Source: Candidatus Hydrothermarchaeum profundi
GTDB taxonomy: Archaea > Hydrothermarchaeota > Hydrothermarchaeia > Hydrothermarchaeales > Hydrothermarchaeaceae
Assembly (NCBI GenBank): GCA_002011125.2
Contig: MTMF02000009.1
Location: 1,416,989 to 1,480,988, forward strand
Direction of reading: 5' to 3'
DNA: 64,000 nt
A program made the translations under genes and the position numbers. The notes beneath the pieces are model-generated. The model made no database searches and was not told the DNA's origin. It saw only the letters and a program-made list of their open reading frames with translations. Within the stretch, counting starts at the first letter, position 1; the number at the start of each line of letters is the position of its first letter. Positions 11,257-21,395 of this stretch are shown here, in pieces.

Positions 11257-11619
11257 ATGAAGAAGCCAAAATCAACAAATCCGCTAATGGTAGAACTTAT
11301 CCAAGACTTAATAGCTAGGTCGCGTGAGGAAAAATCCCTAATTTGGAGAGATATAGCTAAGAGATTATCCAGATCTGCATCCTTGCGTGCAGAAGTTAAT
11401 ATTAGTAGAATCGCCCGCTACTCTAAGAAGGGTGAGACCCTCGTGGTCCCTGGGAAGGTATTGGGATCCGGATCTATTAACCATCCCGTTAATGTAGCAG
11501 CATTAAATTTTTCTGCGAAAGCTAAGGAGAAAATAATAAAAGCAGGTGGTAAGTGCTTATCTCTAAGGAATCTAATGGAACAAAACCCCAAAGGAACAGG
11601 GGTTAAAATTATTGAGTGA
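11257..11619 (+). CDS. rpl18e: 50S ribosomal protein eL18
   Basis: KSTNP, WRDIAKRL, EVNISRI, VVPGKVLGSG; true ATG 11257 downstream of tRNA-Leu. Confidence 0.96.
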   Translation: MKKPKSTNPLMVELIQDLIARSREEKSLIWRDIAKRLSRSASLRAEVNISRIARYSKKGETLVVPGKVLGSGSINHPVNVAALNFSAKAKEKIIKAGGKCLSLRNLMEQNPKGTGVKIIE

Positions 11620-11625
11620 TGTGCT

Positions 11626-12057
11626 ATGAAGGTTATAGACGGGAAGGATCGTATATTAGGGAGACTTGCCTCTTATGTAGCTAAGGAACTCTTGAGAGGT
11701 GAAGAGATTACAATAGTTAATGCTGAAGAGTGTATTATATCAGGTTCAGAAAAAAATATACTTGAAAAATATAAAGCAAGAAGAGCGAGGAAGAGTCTTG
11801 TGAATCCTGCGAGACATGGCCCCTTCTTTCCGAGGCGCCCTGAGGGTATTGTTAGGAGAGCTGTAAGAGGAATGATCCCGTATAGGAAAGCTAAAGGACG
11901 AGAATCATTCCGCAGATTACGTGTCTATGTAGGAGTACCAAAGGACTTTGAGGGGATAGAGTTCGAGAAGATAGATGTACCTAAGGTTGATAAACTTAAG
12001 CTCCCAAAATACATAAAGGTTAAAGAGCTAAGTAAGCAGCTAGGTGCCAAATTCTGA
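11626..12057 (+). CDS. rpl13: 50S ribosomal protein uL13
   Basis: ILGRLASYVAK, IVNAE, GPFFPRRP, VRGMIP. Confidence 0.97.
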   Translation: MKVIDGKDRILGRLASYVAKELLRGEEITIVNAEECIISGSEKNILEKYKARRARKSLVNPARHGPFFPRRPEGIVRRAVRGMIPYRKAKGRESFRRLRVYVGVPKDFEGIEFEKIDVPKVDKLKLPKYIKVKELSKQLGAKF

Positions 12058-12067
12058 GGTGATATGA

Positions 12068-12466
12068 ACGAAAGTAATTCAAACATCTGGTAAGCGGAAG
12101 GCCGCTATAGCAAGGGCGACTTTGCGGGAAGGAAAAGGTAGAGTAAGGATAAATAGAACACCATTAGAGATCTTGGAGCCAGAGATGGCGAGAATGAAGA
12201 TAATGGAGCCTTTGCTCATTGCTGGAGACCTAGTAAATAAAGTCGACATTGATGTAAATGTAAGGGGTGGAGGGTTTATGGGTCAAGCAGAAGCTGCTAG
12301 AATTGCCATAAGTAGAGGACTTGTTGAGTTTAGTGGCGATGTTAAACTGAAGGAAGTTTTTTACGAGTATGATAGAACTATGATAAAAGGCGACCACAGG
12401 AGAAAAGAACCTAAGAAATACGGCGGTCCTGGAGCAAGAGCTAAAAAACAAAAATCTTACAGGTGA
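12068..12466 (+). CDS. rps9: 30S ribosomal protein uS9
   Basis: (ACG)[41 protein letters not shown]; the conserved N-terminus lies upstream of the listed TTG 12122. Confidence 0.95.
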   Translation, partial: TKVIQTSGKRKAAIARATLREGKGRVRINRTPLEILEPEMARMKIMEPLLIAGDLVNKVDIDVNVRGGGFMGQAEAARIAISRGLVEFSGDVKLKEVFYEYDRTMIKGDHRRKEPKKYGGPGARAKKQKSYR

Positions 12467-12471
12467 GTTTA

Positions 12472-12672
12472 ATGATAATTCCTATTAGATGTTTTAGTTG
12501 TGGCGCGGTAATTGCTGATAAATATGAAAAATTTAAGAAAAGGATAAGGGACGAAGAACCGAAGAAGGTCTTAGACGATTTAGGAATAAAGAGGTATTGT
12601 TGCAGGAGGATGATACTTAGTCAAGCAGATTTCCTAGAGGAAGTAATAGAATTTGAAGTAAAGGGGCCGTAG
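12472..12672 (+). CDS. rpoN: RNA polymerase subunit Rpo10 (RpoN)
   Basis: [11 protein letters not shown]...[14 protein letters not shown]; stop TAG lies inside tRNA-Pro. Confidence 0.97.
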   Translation: MIIPIRCFSCGAVIADKYEKFKKRIRDEEPKKVLDDLGIKRYCCRRMILSQADFLEEVIEFEVKGP

Positions 12673-12737
12673 GGTAGCTTGGACCATCCTCCCAGCTTGG
12701 GGTGCTGGTGACCCGAGTTCAAATCTCGGCGGCCCCA
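12663..12737 (+). tRNA. tRNA-Pro(GGG)
   Basis: GGGGCCG/CGGCCCC acceptor, CCAGC-TT GGG GT-GCTGG, CCGAG-TTCAAAT-CTCGG; CCA not encoded. Confidence 0.97.
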
Positions 12738-12749
12738 CTTGGGGGTAAT

Positions 12750-12953
12750 ATGTTGAAACTTACTAAGTTCGAAAAAGCGCGGATAATAGGTGCGAGGGCT
12801 CTCCAGCTATCGATGGGGGCTCCTCCGCTAATAAAAGTCACAGGAGATGAGGTGACTCCCATACATATCGCCATAAAGGAGTTAGAGATGGGCGTTATTC
12901 CAATTACTGTTAAAAGGAAGATGCCTGAAAAAATGGAACTCGGAGGAGAATAA
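12750..12953 (+). CDS. rpoK: RNA polymerase subunit Rpo6 (RpoK)
   Basis: [29 protein letters not shown]; ATG 12750. Confidence 0.97.
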   Translation: MLKLTKFEKARIIGARALQLSMGAPPLIKVTGDEVTPIHIAIKELEMGVIPITVKRKMPEKMELGGE

Positions 12954-14200
12954 TGAATCCGACTATAATAGAGGATGTTATAGCTCGAAAGATACTGGAC
13001 AGCAGAGGAAATTGGACAATTGAAGTGGATATATTAACTAGATGTGGATTTGGGAGATGTGCAGCACCGAGTGGGGCTAGTAAAGGAGTACATGAAGTTT
13101 CCTCATATCCTGAGGGAGGTGTGGAGAAAGCTATTGTGGAGGTGGAGGAAACTATAGCCCCAGAGATGATAGGTATGGATTCTGAAGAACAGGATATAAT
13201 AGATGGGATACTGAGGGAAATAGACGGTACAGACAACTTCTCTAATATAGGGGGGAATACGGCAGTTGCTATATCATTAGCTAACGCTAAGGCTGCAGCG
13301 TCTTCATATGGGATCTCTCTTTTTCAACATTTGGGGGGATGTTTTTCCAATCAGCTTCCGTATCCTCTAGGCAATGTTATCGGTGGAGGAGCTCACTCTC
13401 AAAATTCAACGGATATCCAGGAGTTTTTAGTTTTGCCTACAGGGGCTAAGAATATAGAGGAAGCATTAAAAGTTAATTCAGAAGTACACAAAAAGACAAG
13501 GGAGATACTATCTGGTAAACATGATGGAGTAATTGGTAAAGGCGATGAAGGTGCGTGGGCTGCGAACATAACAGATATAGAGGCTCTTGATGTGTTAACT
13601 CAGGCTACGAGAAGGGTCTCTGAAGAAACTGGGGTAGAGATAAGGCTTGGCATGGATGTTGCAGCTTCTGAACTATGGGATGAAAAAAGTGGAGAATACA
13701 TTTACCAGAAAGAAAGAAAGAGTCGCACTCGCGAAGAACAGATAGATTATATGATAGACCTCATAAAGCAATACGACCTATATTATGTTGAAGATCCAAT
13801 TCAGGAAAATGATTATGAAGGGTTTGCTCAAATTAGCAGAGAAGTGAACTGCTTGATATGTGGGGATGACCTTTATGTTACAAATTATGAGAGATTAAAA
13901 AAAGGTATCAAAATGAAATCCTCTAATGCCATTATCATTAAACCTAATCAATGCGGAACATTAACTGATACATACCGAACAATAATATTGGCAAAAAGCC
14001 ATAATCTTATTCCGGTATTATCCCATCGTTCAGGGGAAACGGTTGATGATACAGTTGCACATTTGGCGGTAGCATTTAGTAGCCCTATTATAAAAACAGG
14101 GGTTGTAAGTGGAGAAAGAATAGCGAAGCTAAATGAACTTATAAGAATTAGCGAAGAGTTAGGAACAAGAGCAGAAATGGCACATTTACGGGAGGTATGA
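12953..14200 (+). CDS. eno: Enolase
   Basis: ILDSRGN, APSGAS, DIQEF, GDEG, IIKPNQ, SHRSGET. Confidence 0.97.
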   Translation: MNPTIIEDVIARKILDSRGNWTIEVDILTRCGFGRCAAPSGASKGVHEVSSYPEGGVEKAIVEVEETIAPEMIGMDSEEQDIIDGILREIDGTDNFSNIGGNTAVAISLANAKAAASSYGISLFQHLGGCFSNQLPYPLGNVIGGGAHSQNSTDIQEFLVLPTGAKNIEEALKVNSEVHKKTREILSGKHDGVIGKGDEGAWAANITDIEALDVLTQATRRVSEETGVEIRLGMDVAASELWDEKSGEYIYQKERKSRTREEQIDYMIDLIKQYDLYYVEDPIQENDYEGFAQISREVNCLICGDDLYVTNYERLKKGIKMKSSNAIIIKPNQCGTLTDTYRTIILAKSHNLIPVLSHRSGETVDDTVAHLAVAFSSPIIKTGVVSGERIAKLNELIRISEELGTRAEMAHLREV

Positions 14201-14203
14201 AGC

Positions 14204-14788
14204 GTGGAAGAACTTTTAACTACCCTGGATAATTATCTTGCCGCAGGTACTCATATTGGTACTCAGCAGAAGAATGCGGATATGAAGCCATATATTTATA
14301 GAGTTCGGGCTGATGGACTCTATGTTCTTGACGTTAAAAAATCTGATGAACGAATTAGAATTGCAGCAAAGTTTCTCTCAAAGTATCCTGCAGATAAAAT
14401 ACTTGTAGTTTCACGGAGGCAGTATGGTCAAAAACCGGTAGAAGAGTTTGCGAGGCTTACAGGTGCGGTAGCTGTTACAGGCAGGTTTATCCCCGGTACT
14501 TTAACGAATCCCGCTCTGGATAGTTTTATTGAACCCGAAGTACTTATAGTAACAGATCCCAGAGGAGATGAGCAAGCATTAAAAGAAGCGAGTGATATCG
14601 GAATACCTGTTGTCGCTTTGTGCGATACTGATAATTCAGTTTCGTTTGTGGATATTGTAATACCTACTAATAATAAAGGTAAAAAAGCTTTAGCAATAAT
14701 ATATTGGCTACTGGCTAGAGAGATTCTTAAAAATAGAGGAGAATTGCCCGAGGATTTTCCTTCATTAGAAGAGTTTGGGGAAGGATAA
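14204..14788 (+). CDS. rps2: 30S ribosomal protein uS2
   Basis: [32 protein letters not shown]. Confidence 0.98.
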   Translation: MEELLTTLDNYLAAGTHIGTQQKNADMKPYIYRVRADGLYVLDVKKSDERIRIAAKFLSKYPADKILVVSRRQYGQKPVEEFARLTGAVAVTGRFIPGTLTNPALDSFIEPEVLIVTDPRGDEQALKEASDIGIPVVALCDTDNSVSFVDIVIPTNNKGKKALAIIYWLLAREILKNRGELPEDFPSLEEFGEG

Positions 14789-15616
14789 ATGAGGACCCCC
14801 TACGTGGCTGGACAGTTTTATCCGGCAGGAAAAGTTGAACTAAAAAGAGAGATAGAGAAATGTTTTTTAAGTCCACTTGGGCCGGGAAAATTGCCAGAAA
14901 AAGAAGGTAGAAATAAGGATATAAAAGGATGCGTAGTACCTCACGCAGGATATATGTACTCAGGACCTGTAGCTGCCCATGTTTATTATGCGTTATCAAC
15001 TCAAATAAAACCTGAGACTATAGTAATTATTTGCCCTAATCATACAGGGAGAGGTAGCGCGGCTGCACTTTCAAAGGAGGATTGGGAAACTCCGCTTGGA
15101 ATAGTTGATACAGATAAGACTATTGTAGACTTACTATGGAAAAAATGCGATATAATGGATTTAAATGAAGATGCGCATGTCTTTGAACATTCTCTCGAGG
15201 TGCAACTTCCATTTTTACAATACATATATGGGGACTTTACCTTTGTTCCGATATGTTTAGGGTTGCAAGATCTTGATACTGCTCACGAAGTGGCTAGTTG
15301 CTTATTAAACATAAAAAAAGAAATGATAGTTATTGCTAGTAGTGACTTCACGCATTATGAGACACACAGGGAGGCTGAGAGGAAAGATAAACATGCAATC
15401 TCATACATCTTAGATCTAAATGAGAAAGGGTTTATAAAGAACGTATATGAAAATGATCTTTCTATTTGTGGGTACGGACCAATAGCTACATGTATATCCT
15501 TTGTAAAGAAAAGAGGGGCAAATAGAGGAGAACTCCTAAAATACGCTACGAGTGGAAATGTCACTGGAGACTTTGGGCAAGTAGTTGGGTATGCTGGCAT
15601 AATTTTTAGAGGTTAA
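14789..15616 (+). CDS. MEMO1 family protein (AmmeMemoRadiSam system protein B)
   Basis: VAGQFYP, PHAGYMYSG, PNHTG, EHSLEVQLPF, ASSDFTHY, CGYGP. Confidence 0.95.
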   Translation: MRTPYVAGQFYPAGKVELKREIEKCFLSPLGPGKLPEKEGRNKDIKGCVVPHAGYMYSGPVAAHVYYALSTQIKPETIVIICPNHTGRGSAAALSKEDWETPLGIVDTDKTIVDLLWKKCDIMDLNEDAHVFEHSLEVQLPFLQYIYGDFTFVPICLGLQDLDTAHEVASCLLNIKKEMIVIASSDFTHYETHREAERKDKHAISYILDLNEKGFIKNVYENDLSICGYGPIATCISFVKKRGANRGELLKYATSGNVTGDFGQVVGYAGIIFRG

Positions 15617-15621
15617 CAAAT

Positions 15622-16545
15622 ATGATAACAGCCTCTGCCCCAGGTAAAGTAATTTTATTTGGAGAGCATGCTGTAGTTTATGGCGAACCTGCTCTGGCTG
15701 GCGCTATTGATAGAAGAGTATACATAACAGCGAGGGAGTACAATAAAGGAATAAAAATAACTTCAAGCGGGAAAACCATAAGCTATGTTGATAGTTATAA
15801 GGGATCAGAATTCCCATACATTAGAAAAGCCATTGAGCTAACTTTTGATTATCTCCATGAAAGAAAAAATTTAGAAATAAAAATCAATTCTAACATACCT
15901 CCTGCAGCTGGATTGGGTTCATCTGCCTCTGTATCAGTAGCAACTATTCTCGCGGTTTCTAAATTAGTAGGGGCTAATCTAAGTAAAGATGAGATAGCAA
16001 AGATTGGACATAACGTGGAGCTTGAAGTTCAGGGAGCGGCTTCTCCGACTGATACGGCAACAACGACTTTTGGAGGGATACTCTATATTCAACCTACTGA
16101 AAGAAATTTTGAAAGATTAGAAATCCCTTTGCCACTAGTTGTGGGATACACAGGGATTCGGAGATCTACCAGGTACCTTGTTGAGAAGGTCCGGATGTTA
16201 AAAGAAATGTATCCAGATATAATAACCAGCATCATTAGGGGCATTGGTGAAATCGTGAAATGCGCTAAGCATAAAATAGAAAGAGGGGAAGACATAGGAG
16301 GGCTTATGGATATAAACCATGGTATGCTAGAAGCCCTAGGGGTAGGCCATCAGAAGCTTTCGGAACTTGTCTATATATCTCGTCTGTCAGGCGCTAAAGG
16401 AGCAAAGTTAACAGGAGCAGGGGGTGGAGGGTGTATGATTGCATATACGCCTGAAAAAAGCGAGGAGGTTATAGCCTCTATAACCTCAAAGGGATATCAA
16501 GCCTTTAACGCTCCCATTACTTTGGATGGAGTTCGGTTAGAGTGA
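15622..16545 (+). CDS. mvk: Mevalonate kinase
   Basis: SAPGKVILFGEHAVVYG, PPAAGLGSSA, KLTGAGGGG. Confidence 0.96.
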   Translation: MITASAPGKVILFGEHAVVYGEPALAGAIDRRVYITAREYNKGIKITSSGKTISYVDSYKGSEFPYIRKAIELTFDYLHERKNLEIKINSNIPPAAGLGSSASVSVATILAVSKLVGANLSKDEIAKIGHNVELEVQGAASPTDTATTTFGGILYIQPTERNFERLEIPLPLVVGYTGIRRSTRYLVEKVRMLKEMYPDIITSIIRGIGEIVKCAKHKIERGEDIGGLMDINHGMLEALGVGHQKLSELVYISRLSGAKGAKLTGAGGGGCMIAYTPEKSEEVIASITSKGYQAFNAPITLDGVRLE

Positions 16546-17315
16546 TAATAGTTAAACTTGGAGGTAGCTTGATAACTGATAAAAGTAAAGCATTTGTTAT
16601 AAGAGGAGGGGTTCTGCGAAGGTTATCCGGCGAAATAAAAAGAGGAGCGGGAAAAGATTTAATAATAATTCATGGTGGTGGCTCTTTTGGTCACCCTATT
16701 GCGAATAAGTATATGCTCCAGAGAGGATTTCAGAGTAAGGAGCAACTTCGGGGGGTCTATCTTACGAGGTTATATATGGATATATTAAATAGAAAAGTTC
16801 TGGAAGCTTTAACCAATAAGAGCGTTCCTGCTATAAGCATTCAATCCTCAGCAAATATAATATGCGATAATGGCCGAATCAATGAGTTTAATATTGAAAT
16901 AGTGGATGGCTTTATTAAACTAGGTTTAGTTCCCGTCATGTATGGAGACGTAGTGCTGGATAAAAGCAGGGGATTTTGTATCCTTTCAGGAGATCAGATA
17001 GTATCTCATTTGGCGATGGAATTTGATGTAGATAGAGTAATCTTAGCCACAGATGTGGATGGAGTCTATACTAAGGACCCAAAGAAATTTGAAGAAGCAA
17101 AATTTATTAAAGAAATTTCTAAGGATAATACCCAGATTCTTGATAAACTCGAGATATCTGAAAATGATGTGACTGGCGGGTTAAAGGGGAAGATAATCGA
17201 ACTATTGAAACTCGCCGAGAAAGGAACGGAATCCATAATAATAAATGGCTTAGTGAAAGGCAGATTAGAAAAAGCTATTTTAGGAGAAAGAGTTTTAGGC
17301 ACTAAAGTTTTTTGA
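16542..17315 (+). CDS. ipk: Isopentenyl phosphate kinase
   Basis: KLGGSLITDK, HGGGSFGH, YGDV, ILSGD, DVTGG; follows mvk. Confidence 0.93.
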   Translation: MIIVKLGGSLITDKSKAFVIRGGVLRRLSGEIKRGAGKDLIIIHGGGSFGHPIANKYMLQRGFQSKEQLRGVYLTRLYMDILNRKVLEALTNKSVPAISIQSSANIICDNGRINEFNIEIVDGFIKLGLVPVMYGDVVLDKSRGFCILSGDQIVSHLAMEFDVDRVILATDVDGVYTKDPKKFEEAKFIKEISKDNTQILDKLEISENDVTGGLKGKIIELLKLAEKGTESIIINGLVKGRLEKAILGERVLGTKVF

Positions 17316-17336
17316 GAGATACTGTTTATTACCCTT

Positions 17337-18506
17337 TCAATCGCATAGGATCGTGTCTAATACATCTACTGCTTTGTCAATTTGCTCCTTCTCTATATTT
17401 AAAGGCGGTAAGAATCTCAGGACATTATCATGAGTGCAGTTTATCAAAACACCTTTTTCTCTTGCTTTATCCACGATAACGTTGCATGGTCTATCGAGTT
17501 CTACTCCGATCATAAGGCCTACGCCTCTTACTTCCTTGATGCATTTGTGCTTATTCTTTAACTCTTTTAGCCTTCTTAAAAGGTATATTCCAGATTGTTT
17601 AGCTTTTTCTAGAAGATTTTCATCGAGAATGATTTCAATATTAGCCTTCGCCACAGTGCAAGCGAGATGATTGCCTCCGAAAGTTGACGCATGATCTCCG
17701 ATCCTAAATGCTTTAATTATTTCAGGCTTTGCAAGCATAGCACCTATGGGGAAGCCTGCTCCAAGCGCTTTGGCGATTGTAAATAAATCCGGCTCTACTT
17801 TAAAATGCTGGAAGGCGAACATTTCGCCTGTTCTACCAAAGCCTGTTTGAACCTCATCGAGCACGAATAGAATACTATGATCTGTGCATATTTCACTCAC
17901 TTCTTTCAGATAGTTCTCAGGGGGGACAATTACTCCCCCTTCACCTTGGATTGGTTCTAATAAAACTGCGGCAGTTTTCGGGGATATAGCCCTCTTAAAG
18001 TCTTCAATATCTCCAAATTTTACATGTTTGAAACCAGGTAATAGTGGCGCAAAAGGTTTTTTATATCTCTCTTGTCCTGTTGCACTTAAACTACCAAAAG
18101 TCCTACCATGAAAAGAGTTTTCAGCGGCAATTATTACTTTTTTACCTGTATACTTCCTTACTAATTTAATAGTAGCTTCATTGGCTTCTGTCCCTGAGTT
18201 GCAGAAGAAAGATTTGTATCCTCCAGATACTTTATACAGTAGTTCAGCGAGTTCTACTTGAGGGGGGATATAATAAATATTGGTGGTATGAATTATTTTT
18301 TCGACTTGTTTTTTAATAGTCTCTATAATTTTTGGGTGTGAATGACCAATATTAAGGACGGCTAGACCTGAAAAACAGTCTATATATTCATTGCCTTCTA
18401 GGTCTTTAACTATTGCTCCATTTCCCTCGACTATAGCGAGAGGCTGTCTGGAGTAGGTTTGAGCAACATATAGTTTGTCCTTCCGCACTATTTCCTTGAA
18501 TTCCAT
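17337..18506 (-). CDS. argD: Acetylornithine aminotransferase (class III PLP)
   Basis: FCNSGTEANE, FHGRT, EPIQGEGG, DEVQTGFGRTG, AKALG, HASTFGGN. Confidence 0.92.
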   Translation of the reverse strand: MEFKEIVRKDKLYVAQTYSRQPLAIVEGNGAIVKDLEGNEYIDCFSGLAVLNIGHSHPKIIETIKKQVEKIIHTTNIYYIPPQVELAELLYKVSGGYKSFFCNSGTEANEATIKLVRKYTGKKVIIAAENSFHGRTFGSLSATGQERYKKPFAPLLPGFKHVKFGDIEDFKRAISPKTAAVLLEPIQGEGGVIVPPENYLKEVSEICTDHSILFVLDEVQTGFGRTGEMFAFQHFKVEPDLFTIAKALGAGFPIGAMLAKPEIIKAFRIGDHASTFGGNHLACTVAKANIEIILDENLLEKAKQSGIYLLRRLKELKNKHKCIKEVRGVGLMIGVELDRPCNVIVDKAREKGVLINCTHDNVLRFLPPLNIEKEQIDKAVDVLDTILCD

Positions 18507-18527
18507 GGGTATAGCTATTTGATTTTG

Positions 18528-18534
18528 TATATAA
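18528..18534 (+). promoter_or_regulatory. TATA box for the H/ACA RNA (divergent from argD)
   Basis: TATATAA about 25 nt upstream of the first hairpin. Confidence 0.55.
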
Positions 18535-18558
18535 TTGTTACTTTTTCTCTGTAATTAA

Positions 18559-18823
18559 TGCCCTATGCTCGAAGACCTGTTTGATTTGGATGAGTTCCAG
18601 ACGTGAAAACAGGGGCAAGGCTAGGGCAACACGGTGTCACATGGGTCCCTTCCCGAGATACTGCCTCGTGTGCTGAATCAATGAGGGCTAGGTCAACCGT
18701 GACGCCGAACAGAGCTCGCCGGTAAATCCTTTCTCTTGAATAAGAGGGTCCTCAGGCAAGCAAGGGCTTAATGCCCGCAGTGAGCCTGAGTGTTAGAGAG
18801 TAGGATACAGGCGGGCTAAAACA
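18559..18823 (+). ncRNA. Three-hairpin archaeal box H/ACA pseudouridylation guide RNA (HgcG/Pf7-like architecture)
   Basis: GC-rich intergenic stretch. Basal stems TGCCCTA/TAGGGCA, CGGTGTCAC/GTGACGCCG and AGCTCGCC/GGCGGGCT are each followed by ACA (18629, 18709, 18821); internal pockets and TGA..TGA K-turn-like motifs present. Confidence 0.85.
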
Positions 18824-18841
18824 ATAATATCCTCAGTAAAC

Positions 18842-19144
18842 ATGGATAAGGCAATCAGAACTGCAGGGAATTCGACATTAATTGATGTCGAAGTAGTGAC
18901 TAACTCAGCTACAAAAGGAATATCAGGGTATAACGAATGGAGAAATCGTATAGTTTTAAAAATAAATGAAAAGCCTTTACAGAATAGAGCTAATCGTGCA
19001 ATTATTAAATTTATTTCAACAAAACTTGGGATAACCCAAAAAGATGTCAAAATTGTTGCTGGTAGAAAAAGTAATCTTAAGACGATAAAAATCGATCTAG
19101 ATGTTAGTATTGTAAAGCAGTTCTTGGAAAATGAGAGGATTTGA
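18842..19144 (+). CDS. DUF167 / UPF0235 (YggU-like) protein
   Basis: IDVEVVTNS, GYNEWR, ANRAIIKF, IVAGRKSNLKTIKI. Confidence 0.85.
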   Translation: MDKAIRTAGNSTLIDVEVVTNSATKGISGYNEWRNRIVLKINEKPLQNRANRAIIKFISTKLGITQKDVKIVAGRKSNLKTIKIDLDVSIVKQFLENERI

Positions 19145-19520
19145 TTATCATTTATATGAGGAGATTGTAGACGTACTAGAGGAATTAAAAGAAATATCTG
19201 AGCATTCTCCTATAATCGTTGAGGGACGCAACGACGAGATTGCCCTTAGAAAACTTGGGATCAATGGCCAGTTTTATCGAGTGTCAGATGGTATACCCTT
19301 CTATGAATTCTGCGAAGAAATAGCTAAAACCCATTCAAGCGTTATTTTATTTACTGATACTGATACTGCTGGTAAAAAAATAACTAAACGGCTTAAGAGT
19401 TTTTTCTCGCAAAATGGAGTTAAAGTAGAAGATAAATTTAGGATAACTTTATTGACTAAACTGGATACCCATCAAGTAGAGAATTTGTATAAGAGATTTA
19501 GAAGATTTAAGATTTTCTGA
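19131..19520 (+). CDS. Small Toprim-domain protein
   Basis: IIVEGRNDEIALRKLG, ILFTDTDTAG. Confidence 0.88.
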   Translation: MRGFDYHLYEEIVDVLEELKEISEHSPIIVEGRNDEIALRKLGINGQFYRVSDGIPFYEFCEEIAKTHSSVILFTDTDTAGKKITKRLKSFFSQNGVKVEDKFRITLLTKLDTHQVENLYKRFRRFKIF

Positions 19521-19533
19521 TAAGATTTAAATA

Positions 19534-19566
19534 AATTACTTGCTTTTTTAATTCTATCAAGTAATT
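19534..19566. promoter_or_regulatory. Inverted repeat AATTACTTG-N15-CAAGTAATT between TATA box and SD of gap
   Basis: Perfect 9-bp arms directly downstream of TTTAAATA (19526-19533). Confidence 0.55.
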
Positions 19567-19568
19567 AA

Positions 19569-20597
<1,029 letters not shown>

Positions 20598-20602
20598 GAG
20601 AT

Positions 20603-21379
20603 ATGCAAGTCACTAAGATCACAGAGATAATCAAAGAAGCAGAGAAAGTAAAAACTTTTAAATTTGATTTAGAAGCGAAGGGAAAGCCCGGGCAGTTCGT
20701 GATGGTTTGGGTCCCTGGAGTCGATGAGAAACCAATGAGCCTCTCTTATCCTACGGGAAAGATGGGTATTACAGTATTACTTGAAGGGCCTTTCAGCAAA
20801 CAGTTAGGAAGACTGAATGTTGGGGACAGAGTTGGTATCAGAGGTCCGTACGGGAGGGGGTTTAGAGTTGCAGGTAGTAATTTGCTGTTAGTTGGAGGGG
20901 GTGTTGGAACAGCTCCATTAGCACCGCTCGCAGAAAAGGCTATTTCTAAAGGGAAAAAAGTTACAGCCGTTATAGGCGCGAAGACTAGAAATGAACTTGT
21001 TTTTGTTGAAAGAATTAGAAACGCAGGAGCCAGAGTCTTTGTTACAACAGACGATGGTAGTGAGGGAAGTAGGGGATTTACCACAGATAAAACAAGAGAG
21101 TTACTGGAAGAAGGATCATTTGATCAATGCTATGTATGCGGTCCAGAAATCATGATGTTCAAATTATTAGAACAAACAAAAGCAAGAGGTATACCCACCC
21201 AACTATCACTAGTGAGATATTTTAAGTGCGGAATTGGGGTATGTGGGCATTGTGCTTTGGATTATTCAGGAATTAGAGTTTGCAGAGAGGGCCCTGTTCT
21301 TAGTGATAACGAATTAGAGGAAGTTTCAGAGTTTGGGAGATATTGGAGAAGTCCTTCAGGAGTAAAAATTTACTTCTAA
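20603..21379 (+). CDS. pyrK: Dihydroorotate dehydrogenase electron transfer subunit-like (FAD, 2Fe-2S)
   Basis: PGQFVMVW, RGPYG, GGGVG, CGPEIMM, CGIGVCGHC..VCREGPV. Confidence 0.88.
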   Translation: MQVTKITEIIKEAEKVKTFKFDLEAKGKPGQFVMVWVPGVDEKPMSLSYPTGKMGITVLLEGPFSKQLGRLNVGDRVGIRGPYGRGFRVAGSNLLLVGGGVGTAPLAPLAEKAISKGKKVTAVIGAKTRNELVFVERIRNAGARVFVTTDDGSEGSRGFTTDKTRELLEEGSFDQCYVCGPEIMMFKLLEQTKARGIPTQLSLVRYFKCGIGVCGHCALDYSGIRVCREGPVLSDNELEEVSEFGRYWRSPSGVKIYF

Positions 21380-21395
21380 AAAAGGAGGTAGTAGA

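Noticed and set aside
18559-18823. RNase P RNA, SRP RNA or hammerhead ribozyme
   Set aside because: No GAGGAAAGTCC P4 motif or SRP helix-8 motif on either strand and no complete hammerhead core; the three stem+ACA units fit H/ACA better
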